This document shows, one piece after another, positions 39,752 through 52,548 of a DNA stretch of 64,000 nt. The DNA is from Balanoglossus misakiensis. Its lineage: Eukaryota; Animalia; Hemichordata. The first letter of the stretch is position 1. The number at the start of each line of letters is the position of its first letter. The notes beneath the pieces are model-generated. The model was given only the letters and a program-made list of their open reading frames with translations, searched no databases and had not been told where the DNA came from. The stretch covers positions 7,976,390 through 8,040,389 of the forward strand of contig CM082580.2 of assembly GCA_040954595.2 (NCBI GenBank), in the 5' to 3' direction. A program made the position numbers and the translations under genes.

Positions 39752-42700
39752 TTAGAAGGCACACTCCTGACACGCACAATCCACCGGCTCTTCCAGAACG
39801 ATGGTGTGGCTGAGGCCACGTAGCAGATTGTTGTCCAGGTCACGACACGTGCTTAACGTCACTGGCTTGGGTCTTCTCGAACTCTCCCGACAGCATTTAC
39901 ATCTCTGCAATGCAAGCGAGCGCAAAACAATTAATTATACATGTAAAACGAAAGAAAGTGTATAGGCTATCCTGAGGACAAACATTAAAGGGACAAAGTT
40001 ACTCATTTCTGAAATATTATTTGTATTGTTCTGCTCACTGAAATAGGCTCAATAACTTGTTGTCACAGCTCAACTCATACCCTGTGCATGGGCATAATGC
40101 ATGTTACTTCCACAATGCAATTTTTGGTACGTACCCAAAATGTTTTATAGAAGAATTCACACATTATAACCATGCACAGGTGGGAGGGGGAGTTGAACTG
40201 GTGATTAAGTATATTTTAGTGACGAGAACAACAACTCAGGGGTACAGAAACAAAACACTACGTGACGTCACAGTCAGCTGGAGAAACAGTGACCGTGGCA
40301 TACGCGTGTACGTCACTGCTTTGCGTCACCATGCGATCCAATGTGGTTGTCAGCCGTCCATCCATTTCAATGGTTTCACTTTTATGGACTCGGCCCAACA
40401 TGCCAAAGGACAGTGCGCTGTGGCATATATGTGCATCTAATTTGTTGCGAGATTAGATCTAAATTTGCCACAGGTGGTTATGTTTGCAATTTCATCATGC
40501 CCGTCGAAATTACTCGCATGAACACTCCTGAACCGGGCTGTACTTGAACTTGGCGGCGCAAGGACAGTGTGTTTTGCTGGTTATCTGGCCGCATCTCATC
40601 GATTGATTTGTTTCACAATTTAATCACTTATGGCCGCCAGCTACGGTTGATTTTGTTTTATACCGCGAATGACAACTTCGCCATGCCTGCCTGAACCGAT
40701 TTGTTTTAACCCTGCCTTCATACAACGTTTTGGTAATTCACTTTTAAAACACGCCTCGTAGCTACACACAATGTACGCATGGCGAGCCGCGAGACTGAAA
40801 GAGTTTCGAGATAATTCCACGCCGATAACATATCGCTAACGTGCATCTGCTATCATGATTGTATTCGCCAATCTGCTTGGGCAGGATGATATTGTCGCCA
40901 GTCACGTGCACACATCGTGTGCGTTCGCTCGCACGCGGCTTCAAAATGACAAACACTCGGACTCCGGCTATCAAGTGCTAAACGCTCTAAATGCACTCAG
41001 TCTCTTGACGAGAGTGTGACCTCAAAATTGCATATCGGGTGGCCGGGAGAACACGGAAACGGCCGTGGAACTCTCGCTGACGTTTTCCTTCCGCGCTTCA
41101 AGGCGTTTCTCATTTCCTCGCACGTTTCCTGGAGACCTCCGTCGACCACACGTGTGGAAATCTTAACGAGGATGGCATGACAACGCCAGTTAACAACAAA
41201 AACAATTAGTAATTGTCAAAGATACAGTCCCCGCTGATCAACAGAAACAGAAAATGTTGATTTACATGTAATAGCATGATTATTTGATAGCGAACATATG
41301 GACGAACTGACGGACGGCTCGGATATAGGCCGTTCACTTAAAAAAGACTAAGCCCTTGTTCTAGCCAGGTCCGTGGCCGACCAAAAAACAGGTGTGAACG
41401 GGTGTAGCCGGCCCTTGTCCTGACAATTTTGTGTCCCAGTCGAAAGGGGAAGGATGCCAGATGCCAATTTATTACAGCAAGACATCGTCCGCAGGGACGT
41501 ATAATTTACAGGCTAACAAAGTAGGCCTAATGTCTACTTGCAAACGTGCCAGCCAGACAATTACTTGCTACGCATATCACTGGTAGTGTGTTGATTAATG
41601 CTAATGAGTATTGTCGTATACTAAATCAATGTCAGCACGCATGCAACCATTAATTTTAACACGCATTACAATCAAGCAAAGACTTGCAAATAAACAGTAC
41701 ACATTGTCCATAAACCCCATAGGTATTTTAGTTGGACGACCGTTTTTCTCGAGTTTTGCGCATTCTTGTGTCGAGAGAAAACATGACCACGTTAAGAGAC
41801 TACAGGAAGGTGTTATTATACTGTTATCAACTTCCGCCAGGCAGCTTTCAGTTTCGAACATAAATCGTTTCCATTTGAGCTTTTTAAAAAGTAGCTGCAG
41901 GGACAATGTGCGATATCGGCGCCATATTGGCATTAACACGGCTATCTCAGGCGTGCGTGTCGTCTACCTTTATATATAGAGGGCGCGTTGTCGAATTTCC
42001 AGCCTGGTCACAATTAGGGGCTGAGTTTAGACAGTTCTTTCTTATAAGTACACGGTGTGGCGGACTTGAATGAGATGATCGCATATATTAACGTCAATTA
42101 GAGGTGTGAAAATTGTTACTGCTTCCAATTCGTAGCCCAATGAACCACCCAGAAGCCATAGGCATATTGATTCCAAGCTGTTATTATATTCCTTTTTAGC
42201 GCTCAAGCATATGAATACTCGTACAAAAAAACTTTAAAAAAATGAAAGATCAATCCCGCCAACCCTACACAACAAGACATGTCGTTCTTGTTTTCATTTG
42301 TGACTTGTCACGTTCACTGTGCACCGTAGTCTCGGTTACCCAGACGCCTTTGCTTCTTCCGATGCTCTCCAGAAAAGGGTCTGGGGAAATGCTATTGAAA
42401 GCTTTGTAAAACAAAATGGCCGATGTCAGGATTTTGATCATCGCCTGATTGGCTGAGCTGTCAGTATGACCCGGGTCACTGACTCTCGACAATGTGTGAT
42501 TATTTGTGGTATCTTCATATCAAGAGACCGGTACTTGTTGGTTGATGCGAAAGGCAAAAGGCGTCCTCTGTTAGCATTGTTGGAGAAATTATATGAAATA
42601 TCTTTGGTAGACGATTGTCGAAACTATTGCAGTGACCCGGGTCATACTGACAGCTCAGCCAATCAGGCGATGATCAAAATCCTGACATCGGCCATTTTGT

Positions 42701-43327
42701 TTTACAAAGCTTTCAATAGCATTTCCCCAGACCCTTTTCTGGAGAGCATCGGAAGAAGCAAAGGCGTCTGGGTAACCGAGACTATGTGCACCGCAGCTTA
42801 GTTGGTTCGTCCATATTGCGCAGTTGGACTCCATCCACCTTTATCGCAAATGACCTAACAGATGATTTTCCTATCATTGCGAGATCTCGCGAGACATGGT
42901 TCATTTCCGTAGCAACGGATTGGTAGCCGAGTAATATAAATCAAGCTTTGTTTATATGAACCTAGAATAGGTGCACAATTTAACAAAAAAATGTGCTGTT
43001 TAACCTGTGTCACGCGAGAATGTCTTCCCACATGAATTGTATAGCCACGCGAGATCTCGGAGGGTCGCTAGGAGTTCGGATAATGGTCTACAGCAAAGAG
43101 AGAACACAGCAATGGCTTCGGAAGAAGACCGCAACGTGCCTTATTTTCCCACTCACACACAATCATCACTGGCGGTGTCCGTGGATACATTTGCAGAAAT
43201 TGATTAACTTTTCTGACGTCTTCAGTATGCCTACGATAATCTGAGTGACATCGAAATCGTTTGGGAAATTCATTTACTCGTTTTGACTCGTCGCCTATGT
43301 CCATAATCGGCGTAGTTTCTTGGTTGC

Positions 43328-43367
<40 letters not shown>

Positions 43368-44153
43368 CAGCGATGTTAAAACATTACAGGCAAATTTAAA
43401 AATTGATCGAACATCTGAATTTTTTTCTGAAAGGTCAACATGTGTTGTTTTGTCTTTCGTCTGTACGGTGCATTGCACTTTGAGAGTGAACGCAATCTTG
43501 AATAGAATGGCGGAGCGTCTATCACACTCACTTTCCTTTTTGTCACGACTAACTTTTATCTTATTGAAGAAAATAGTCAGGCACTGCGAACCCTGTAGCC
43601 GTTGACTTCGTCGCTACAACAATTCCATTGTCGGGCACGTTACAACAACCGTATATAACACCGTTTGAATGTCAGTTTGCACTGATACATCGGCGGACGG
43701 TTTTCAAACTGTGCGCGTACGCACGTTGATCTTGTAGACGGCTCTGATGAAATAGATGACCTTTGATTAGCGTCTCTCGGCAGCGCGGCGCTGGCCGTGT
43801 CTATTGTCTGGCAGTGGCGCGACTAATTAATTGCTCGGTGAAAATGACTTTTTCCTTGTGCCCATTTTTTTAAACTTTAGACGTGACCCCTATTATCACG
43901 AACCCTGTTTACTCACCTTCAAAAATCCGGTCGGCGAAACGACGCTGGGTGAAACCTGAGATACACACGAGCCTTCGCATTTTTGTAAAATAACGCTGCC
44001 GGAGCAGAATTTTCTGAACCCGGTGTCTTCGTCCATGATTTCTTGGTTTATTACTAATTCCGTGAAACCCGGCAAGCAGCTGTCGACCTGTTGGCCCTTG
44101 GAGCTCATGAAAAAGGCAGCGCTGCAGTAAGTCACCAGAAGTAGAAAGTTCAT
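39752..44153 (-). CDS. pburs: Bursicon beta (partner of bursicon)-like cystine-knot subunit precursor (129 aa). Exons: 44153-43917 and 39904-39752
   Basis: Exon 1 MNFLLLVTYCSAAFFMSSKGQQVDSCLPGFTELVINQEIMDEDTGFRKFCSGSVILQKCEGSCVSQVSPSVVSPTGFLK|gtgagt. Exon 2 (absent from the ORF track) after ttgcag: RCKCCRESSRRPKPVTLSTCRDLDNNLLRGLSHTIVLEEPVDCACQECAF*. Phase-0 join; 11 mature Cys; motifs KCEGxCxSQVxPSV..PTGFLKxCxCCRES and EPxxCxCxxC match bursicon beta. 5' UTR acceptor with exon start at 44183; candidate AATAAA at 38946-38941. Confidence 0.93.
42327..42784. mobile_element. 458-bp non-autonomous foldback DNA transposon (Mutator/MULE-like) with 155-bp TIRs and 9-bp TSD
   Basis: TIRs 42327-42481 and 42630-42784 read as exact reverse complements (TAGTCTCGGTTACCCAGAC...GTCTGGGTAACCGAGACTA); direct repeat TGTGCACCG at 42318-42326 and 42785-42793. 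Superfamily is inferred from the 9-bp TSD and long TIRs. Confidence 0.92.
43321..43367. repeat. (TTG)n microsatellite
   Basis: Read directly; inside the bursicon beta intron. Confidence 0.92.
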
Positions 44154-45073
44154 TGCAAAGACGAGGAGTGGAGAAACAGCCACCTGAGAACATAAAAAAA
44201 TGGAGAGGGGGAAATGGACAGCGTTAATGTGGAAAGGGTGATGCGTTACACATAGCGAGAAGAGAAGAATGCCAAACGAAGGTGAGTGCGTTCGATGTAA
44301 TCCATTGAAAGTGAATGCGACGATCACCAACTAGCCTTTGGATGCGAGACCGCATGGCGATCGCTCGAAGCATCAGGACGCGCTAAGTGCCCCGGACAGA
44401 CGCAAAGACCGTCAGCTCGACAACGAAATGAATAGTTAGTACCTAGTTAAAGCATAAAAAAGCTCTTCCAATACGAGGCGGTGTTGTGTGAGGCGGCCGT
44501 GCAATAATTTAACAGACTGACGGTCGCGAAATCTCAGTGTGTAGTTTCAACCACTTAACCCGACATATATGAAATGATTGGGTTACGCGCACCACGTGAC
44601 GGGAACGCAGCCTCGTTCTCAAGTGCAAAGAGGGGGGGGGGGACTGCTGGTGCGTTCGGGAGTGGTGTGGTGATGCACTGGGGATGTTGATGGCAAACTC
44701 CGAAGCCCCGGAGTGCCACCACGCGCCGTCCTGCGTCATCGGTTGGCATTGGCGATTTCGAACGCCCCCACAGTCGTAGGTAGCAGTTTTGTGAAGTTCG
44801 TAATTATTAGTCATTTGTCAGGCTCCGTGTACATGTACCTTAATTAATTTCACCGGTCAGTTTTTTCGATAATGAATAAGAGATTAATGAGAGTTTCTCC
44901 TTGTTTAGTTTCTGATTTTTTTTCTTCTGTAAACAAGAAAGTCCTAATGATGTTTAGTTTTATCTTATAATCTACCGCATGTGCCCGACGGCCAGATATA
45001 CGTCCGTCCATCTGCCTGTCTGTCTATTCGTCTGTCTGTCTGTCTGTCGGACATTGGATGTGATACGTTCATG

Positions 45074-45246
45074 GACTGACTGACTGAGTGACTGACTGAC
45101 TGACTGGGTGAGTGAGCGAGTGACAGTGACTGACTGACTGACTGAATAGATGGATGAATGAATGAATGAATGAATGAATGAATGAATGAATGAATGAATG
45201 AATGAATGAATGAATGAATGAATGAATGAATGAATGAATGAATGAA
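45074..45246. repeat. Compound (GACT)n + (GAAT)n microsatellite
   Basis: Imperfect GACT run followed by about 23 perfect TGAA copies. Confidence 0.93.
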
Positions 45247-48128
45247 ATCAACCTAACGAAGTTAATATTTTGACAGACCGTCACACGTGACCGGTGTTTG
45301 TCCGTACAACAGACTATATTACTGGGGAACATATTCACCAGTTCATTGCGTCATTGTTGAAACCCCGCATTTGCCCGCAGACTTTCCTGGCTGTCGTTTA
45401 TACACATAAAAATGACAGTGAACAGCAAAAATGTTGGAGAGCGTACCCGTGAGGAATTTGCACTGCACTTTCAAAATAAAAACCCAATTAATTTACCTCT
45501 ACTGAAAATAGATGGGCATCTTTGGTTAGTGAATCTTAGAGTACCGACATGATTGGCCGCAAACGTTATAAACCATGACCTTGGCATTCAAATACTAATA
45601 TTGTAAAATGGAAATCAAGCTACTGAATGACGTCACAACTCTGGTGAAAAGTTACACGCGAAAAGGCACGTGATGAACTGTCGTCATGCCTGGCGACGCG
45701 GGCGAGTGCGTGTCACGTGTCCGAACGAATGGCGGAGTTCATCATTAGAGGGACGGCACATGTGACTTCGAATTCGTTCGTTTTATCGGTTTTTTGTTTT
45801 TCTGAGACGGTAACCACTGCGTTATCTTATTCTACTCGCAGATTTGTGTCAAAAGACTATTACTCTGAAAACAACGCAAATTGGCTTGACATTTCCAATG
45901 ATAGGCCAGTTTTATGTTTTGTTTTAATATAAATGCTATACATCTTTCATTCAATTTTTCGAATACTCCCTTAGGCCTGTAGCGGTATAGAAGGGGTCAT
46001 GGGAACCAGACTATTACAGAGTCTGGTGATCAGCATACAATTTCCTATTTTTTCTGAATGGACTGCGATTAAGCATCATTGTATGATGGCTGTGACATCA
46101 TCACACCAATCCCCCACGGCGACGCATACATGCCCTTTTGGCGTATTAGAGAGATCAACTACCACTATGCCGGGGGCCACGGGACCACTGTGACGTCAGC
46201 AAGTGAGAAACGCCGGAACCTATTAACATCCGTTGACCGCGTCACTGTAAAATTGGAAAGTACTCCGAGCTGAATACCCCGATCGTGTACGATACACTTC
46301 GGCATATGTTTTAGCTGCCTTAAGGGCGACACCAAGAATTATTTGCCGTATAAAAAAAAACACTTAAAGTTTTCCCCAAACCCCAACTGGAAATTATATT
46401 GACTTGTATTAAACCCGACTCAGCCTCTTTCCGCCATATATGAAGAGCTCGGTTGCCCTTCTCGTTGTACTTCGCTTTTTTGATACGAAGAGCATATTTT
46501 ACATAACATTTCTTTGCTAAACCAATTGTGGAATTACGATTTTTTTCGTTCCGACATTTAACTTTTGTTGCCATCATAGTATGTCGCATCCCCTAATTAA
46601 AGCGCAAAGCTGTTTCGCTTTTGCCGCGAGCTGCTAGCCTCCTAGGTTACAAATTCAGAACTGTTGAAAACAGCGCACATTTGACATTATAAACTTGATA
46701 TTCGTTAATGAGGCTGTTCTGTAATATTGCAAGCAGATCAACTTAGAATTTACTTGGAACTAGGTCATTAGTTCTCAGAGACAGGAATGGCTCAGTCATA
46801 TCTCAGGAAAAAAACTCTCCAACACTATTTATAAATGGTGACCTTTTTTCTAATTTGTACGCACCACTAAAATATGTACCCCACTTTCCCTGAACGGTGT
46901 TGCTATGACATTTTTCCCTTTTCATTCGCTAATTAAGCCGCATATAATTTCACACCCGCTGTCAAAAGCCATGAGTTATTTTGCTAAACGAAGGAGAGTT
47001 AGCCCCCCCAAAAACGCCTTCAGGGCAGATGAACAACGCGAGGGCCCACATGTTGCTTTAGACATACTGGCGACGTGGGCGCCTTGTCATTTCTAACCAG
47101 TAAAACACACATTCGCGCGAGTGTCTTCTTGATCTATGCGCTTACGAATAAGACTTACGGACACCCTTGCGCTGTCGCTGACGTGTGACAAAGGTGTTCT
47201 GACCATATGATGGTAGCACAGAGACGCGGTCTCCAAAGTCTTTTCTCATCTCGCGTAAAACTGCCGGCTTGTTCGCTAAAATAATTAAGTTGTCAGAAAA
47301 TGTACCCACCCTTGTCGCCATATTTGAAGGTCTGCGCTCCGTGTGGTATTTCTTCTCGCCCAAGTTCACGACTAACGCGCTGCACATGAGATCGTCTTCA
47401 GCCTGGTAGACACTGATTGCGTACGTTTAGGTGAAGACTATTATATTAGGTTATTTTGAAAAATGCATATTAATGAATATAATAATGCATATTATTAACG
47501 TGCGCTCGTGAAATTGGACCGCCCACTCGCCATCTGCTGCCAGGTAGATGCCAACTTTAACAGAAAAATAACTCTACCTCGGGGACTGTTCATAGATTAT
47601 TTGTAACAAAACTAGTAAAAGGTTTGCCAAGACTTATATATTTCGTTTTTATTTTGTGTCGACGGATGACGTGAGAAATTAGATCGATTCCAGAGACTGT
47701 GATTCTTTCAATGGTTTTGGGGGTTTCCTGTCGCCTGCAATACTTTGACTCTAGCTTTGTGCTGCTGTTGACTTAGCATTTGCTCAGAATTTGCATATCA
47801 AGTCAGCTTTTAAGAGATGTGTTGGTGTTCGATTCGTTTCTACGTCACGGATTCTCTGCTTGTACAGCGCTGACGACACGCAGAGCTTCGGGGGAAAGTA
47901 AAATTGCAGCTACAACTACAGAGAGACAAGCGAAATACAAAGAAAGCGTCATTTTGATGATGAAAGGGCAATGTGGGTGCGTGCATGTGATGGGTAGTTT
48001 TTGTGCGGCGATTATAAGACATCTCGCTGTTGACCACATCGTTCATGTCACAACTAACTAACTATAACCAACTCACTCACTCACTTGGTCTCCCTCCCTC
48101 CCACCTCTTTCTCACCCACTCACCCACC

Positions 48129-48173
48129 ATTCATTCATTCATTCAGTCAGTCAGTCAGTCAGTCAGTCAGTCA
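48129..48173. repeat. Compound (ATTC)n + (AGTC)n microsatellite
   Basis: Read directly; the motifs are the reverse complements of those at 45074-45246. Confidence 0.8.
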
Positions 48174-50108
48174 TTTATCCTGTAACTTTATTAAATTTAC
48201 CATGCATATTCTCCAAGATAACCAACACAATTTGCACAACTGTACGATTACGATGCATTTCAAGAATTGGCCCTAAGCTTCATACATGCGTGTCCGGCCA
48301 CGATATTGTGAAACGGCAGTCCCTGTGGGTACGTCCATGACGCAGGCAACTTGAACAAACTTGAGACACTTCACTCCTCACGCTGTATACTTTGCCATTG
48401 TTTTTGTGAGTAATTGGCGTAATTTGTGGCTCTCGAACAAAGGCCAGTCATGTCATCACTGCTCTCCGACCGTCAGCCAACAACACTTGCCGCATCGTGA
48501 CTTGTGGAGGTGTGAACGACATGCTTTGCCCACTTATGTAAAAATAGGCTGTCGGATGGATAGCATGGATAAACAATTATAACATTGCAGAAGTACTACT
48601 AGTATTCTCTTTTTATACCCATATAAAGGGTGTGAGTTGAGATGGGGATTAGAAAAAACAGTCATTGAGCATGTTTGAGTGAGCAGAAAAAAATTGAATG
48701 ATTCACCAAATGAAACTAAAATACTAGTACATGTGTTATGAAAACATGTCAGATATCAGCGACTTTTCCTCCTTTAAACGTTGAAGGTAATGTGTCACGA
48801 CAAGTGTTTGATTCTGTCCAGACTCTCCCACACCCCACTTGTGGTTTGATAATTGGTTAGCAAAAGTGGGAGGTGGGCGTCACCACAAATCCAACTCGGA
48901 CAGTTTTTATAGTTTTTTTATATAATTTCAAGTTTGGGGATACTGACGAGCTGGACAGCTCACCATTAGAAACTGAAAAAAACAATTTGAAAATAATGTC
49001 AAAAGTAAGCGGCCTATTTCACATCGTTTGATCCCGGAGCACGTCTTCATTACGTCGGACTGCACAGGCCATACACCTATTACTTTTCTTAGCTGCAGGG
49101 GCGTACGACGGTTTCATTGAGAGTGACATAGAAACAGAAAGATTCACTGACTGACTGACTAACTGACCGACATGATTAGATGAACAAATTCACCTGGAGC
49201 GTAAAAGACAAACAGCAGTGACAGGCGCTTTTTATTGTGTGGTTTACTTAAATACTCTTTTATAGAATTGCGCATTGTCGAATTCACAGTGATATCGTTT
49301 TTGGAAATCCGGACTTTCGAGGGAAAAGTCCACGTTTGTTGAATGTTGAATGTTTGTTTGATGTGACCATGCTCCTTGTAGCTTGTTGGAAGACGTGATG
49401 AGAAGCAACGCACTCGTTCATAGACCTTGGAGTCCACTCCAAATACTACTTGAAATGTGTAGTCGCTGGGAAAATAGAGTGAATAGAGTAGAGTGATAAA
49501 AATATACTGAGAAAGGACGGAAAGACGACATCAAGAGATATTTCACTGAAAAGTGTAAGTTGCCGTTCCCTGATTCCTAAAGCAGCAATCATCATTACAA
49601 AGAGCGCTGTTATCCCTCCGTCTATTGTTTCAGACGGACGCTGCTTATGCTTGCGCCTCCCTTCGTCCTTTTCAGCATCGTGGGTCTCAAGTGATCTTGG
49701 TGATAAATGGTTTGTGATTGGGTCATCGGGACTGGCGCCATCTACGGCTTCGAGCATTTTGCCAATATTTTACCGAGTTTTTGAGCTGTGTAGATTTAAT
49801 ACTGTTCAACAGAATTTAACTTTGGGAGCTGCATAGAATGAATATCGTTTTCTGGCCATAGAAATTGATGTCTCGTTCCGACCAAAAACTTACACTATTA
49901 AATGTTGTTTCACGTTCTTCAGATTTGCATTCGCATGATGAACATATTGGTCGAAAAGGCGAATTCAGCTATTATAACTTATCAGAAGATATTAAAGCAA
50001 TCTGTATTTAGCAAATTCTGGACAGAGTTTAATTCAGTTAAATGTTCAAGTTTGGCAAAAATCGTCTTAAAAAACATCATCCCTAGGACCAGTCTACTGA
50101 CTCCGAAT

Positions 50109-50244
<136 letters not shown>

Positions 50245-50956
50245 AAACTAATGATGAAATCTCACCCGGAAATCACTTGGACTCATTCATACCTCCATGG
50301 TTGGACTAAAGGGAGATGTGCTTGTACCTACTAAACCATTAAGATGGGGATTATGTACATAAACGTGTATGTGTAGTTATGTGAAGAATGTTCAACCTAC
50401 ACAGTCGCATGTGTCAGAGGTCAAGGTACATCCTTGTTTGCAGACTGTGCTGAGTGTACGGTATACAACTGGAGTAAGGGGTACAGGGATCCCTTCATCT
50501 GCGTAGGCGATCGCAACGGTAACATTCTCAACGGAAGCGGATTTTGGGGAATCTGTAGGAGGGGGATAGTGACGGTGAGGAGATCGACAGTCAGCTTTTG
50601 AGTCTCTGGGTCTGCGATCGAACTCGTGAAGTCGACTTGGCACAGCCAGGGCAAGCAACTAGCAAATCAAGCAATGATCAAACCAATGTGGTGTAATCTT
50701 TAAGCGTGGGCGGGGATTTGACTTTCTGGTTCAACACTGACTGTTTATGTGCCATTGTGTTTCAACTCCGAAAGTTTTAAATAGACAAGAGGCGTGTGAC
50801 TGTACAGTGATCATCGTAAGTGTTGAATCGCGACGAGCAAGTCTGGATCTGTTACTGGGGCCAGAATCCTGCAGCAGTTTATAAACGCGCGTACGTAGGG
50901 TACAATCTTCCAGGTCAGTTTCAGTTGAAACAAACTTGGCAGTTTGGCGGTTGGTT

Positions 50957-52500
50957 ATGGCTAAATCATCACAGAAATACTGTTTCAGCGTGAAAGTTTT
51001 CGTAGCACTCTGCACGTTGTATTCGCTCTCTGATCCAACGACTGCACAGAATGCCATAACCGGCGAATCCTTAGATATCTCCAACTATCTGGTTCCCACG
51101 TCAGACGTGTTTCTATGGGCTTCTTCGCCGTGGGGCGATTGTCAGCTCGCCCGAGCCGACAGTTGCTGTGAACGCCGATGTGAGAGAACAAGACAGGTCA
51201 AGTGCATAAAAGCAGCAAATGGAAAGACTGCGGCGGACTATTATTGCCAGGCGATCGGCCAGGGATCAGAGAAACCCCCGAGTACGCAACCTTGCTCGAA
51301 TTGCACGGAAGACTGCGTGCTGAGGACCTGGTCCAAGTGGTCGGGCTGCAGCGCGAGTTGCGGGCACGCCACCGAATTCCGAAGCAGACAGGTACTGCGT
51401 GCGCCCGTCGGACTTGGGCAGAAATGTGGGGTGCTTTCCGAGTTTCGTGTTTGTGAAAAGTTGGCCGCGTGTCCCGTTCCCGTGTATACATGGAAAATCG
51501 GTCCGTGGACAAGTTGTCGACAGGTGAGTTGGAAGGGGGGGGGGGGGGGGGTCTTAACCTGGACTCCCTAGCTATTGGCCTGCAGTGAGTCAATTAGCCA
51601 GGAATGTTTTAACTCGTCATTTGAGTAAAACTACTCAGTACTAACAGTTACAGACATGTCATATTATTTGAACACATCTCTTTTATCTACCACGGAACTG
51701 AGAAATGATCATATAAGTCATAAGGACTTAGTTAATAAGCACTTAATTAGTTTAAAGTACCTCAGGGACTGGTTGGGGACAAAGTTGGGAAACTTTATGA
51801 TTTCAAAATTGAAATCATTTCTTTGCCACACAGCTTAGTGTACAATGTATTTTGTCTAAATAAGATCAATTTTCAAGCCAATTTGATAGACCTTGAGGTA
51901 ACTTATTTACAAAACAATTGCTACAATAAACAAAATAACAATTATTTGCATATTTAGTTGTACTTGTAGGCAATGCTGAAAACGAACTAGACTGATGACA
52001 AATACTCACTGAGCTGTTGGTGTTTTCTTTCCATATGGCCCACATTCTGCAATCTCAGTTGAGTTCTTCCCTACAACTTCTGAATTTTCGTCCAGAAGGT
52101 CTGAGGTCTGTAAGACAACACAGGATTTGGATACTGAAGGAGACAAGTTTGGCTCTTTGAAGGATATTCACTTGTAGTATACAGTTTTTAACCCAACAGA
52201 GAATCTCTACAGAAGATACTGACTGTGTGCACATTCAAACAAAATGGGTAGATCGGTAAATATGCAATCAGATTTTGATTGTTTGATGGGTTTTACGCTG
52301 CCGATAGATAAATTGAAGTTATCCATTAAAAAGCAATCAATCATGATATGTGTATCTCCACTTGGGCTACTTAGAATAGTACTGGGTTTATAGATAGGCA
52401 GCTTGAGATACAGTTGAAAGCACAGTTGAGTGATGATGATGATGATGATGATGATTCAATTGATGATGATGATGATGATGGTGATGATGACGCAATAATG

Positions 52501-52548
<48 letters not shown>

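Noticed and set aside
42265-42801. Two opposite-strand ORFs sharing DPGHTDSSANQAMIKIL
   Set aside because: Artefact of the transposon's inverted repeats.
43068-43605. Poly-Asn and poly-Leu ORFs; possible transposon relic at 42870-43320
   Set aside because: The ORFs derive from the (TTG)n microsatellite; no element ends or recognisable domain could be defined.
39752-44153. Assignment of the cystine-knot pair as GPA2/GPB5 (thyrostimulin) or gremlin/DAN
   Set aside because: The 11-Cys pattern, the MERSCxCC, ECMCRPC and PTGFLKxCxCCRES motifs, and the lack of N-glycosylation sites fit bursicon better.
51198-51593. Antisense and alternative-frame ORFs over THSD7-like and bursicon exons
   Set aside because: Shadow ORFs of GC-rich coding sequence.
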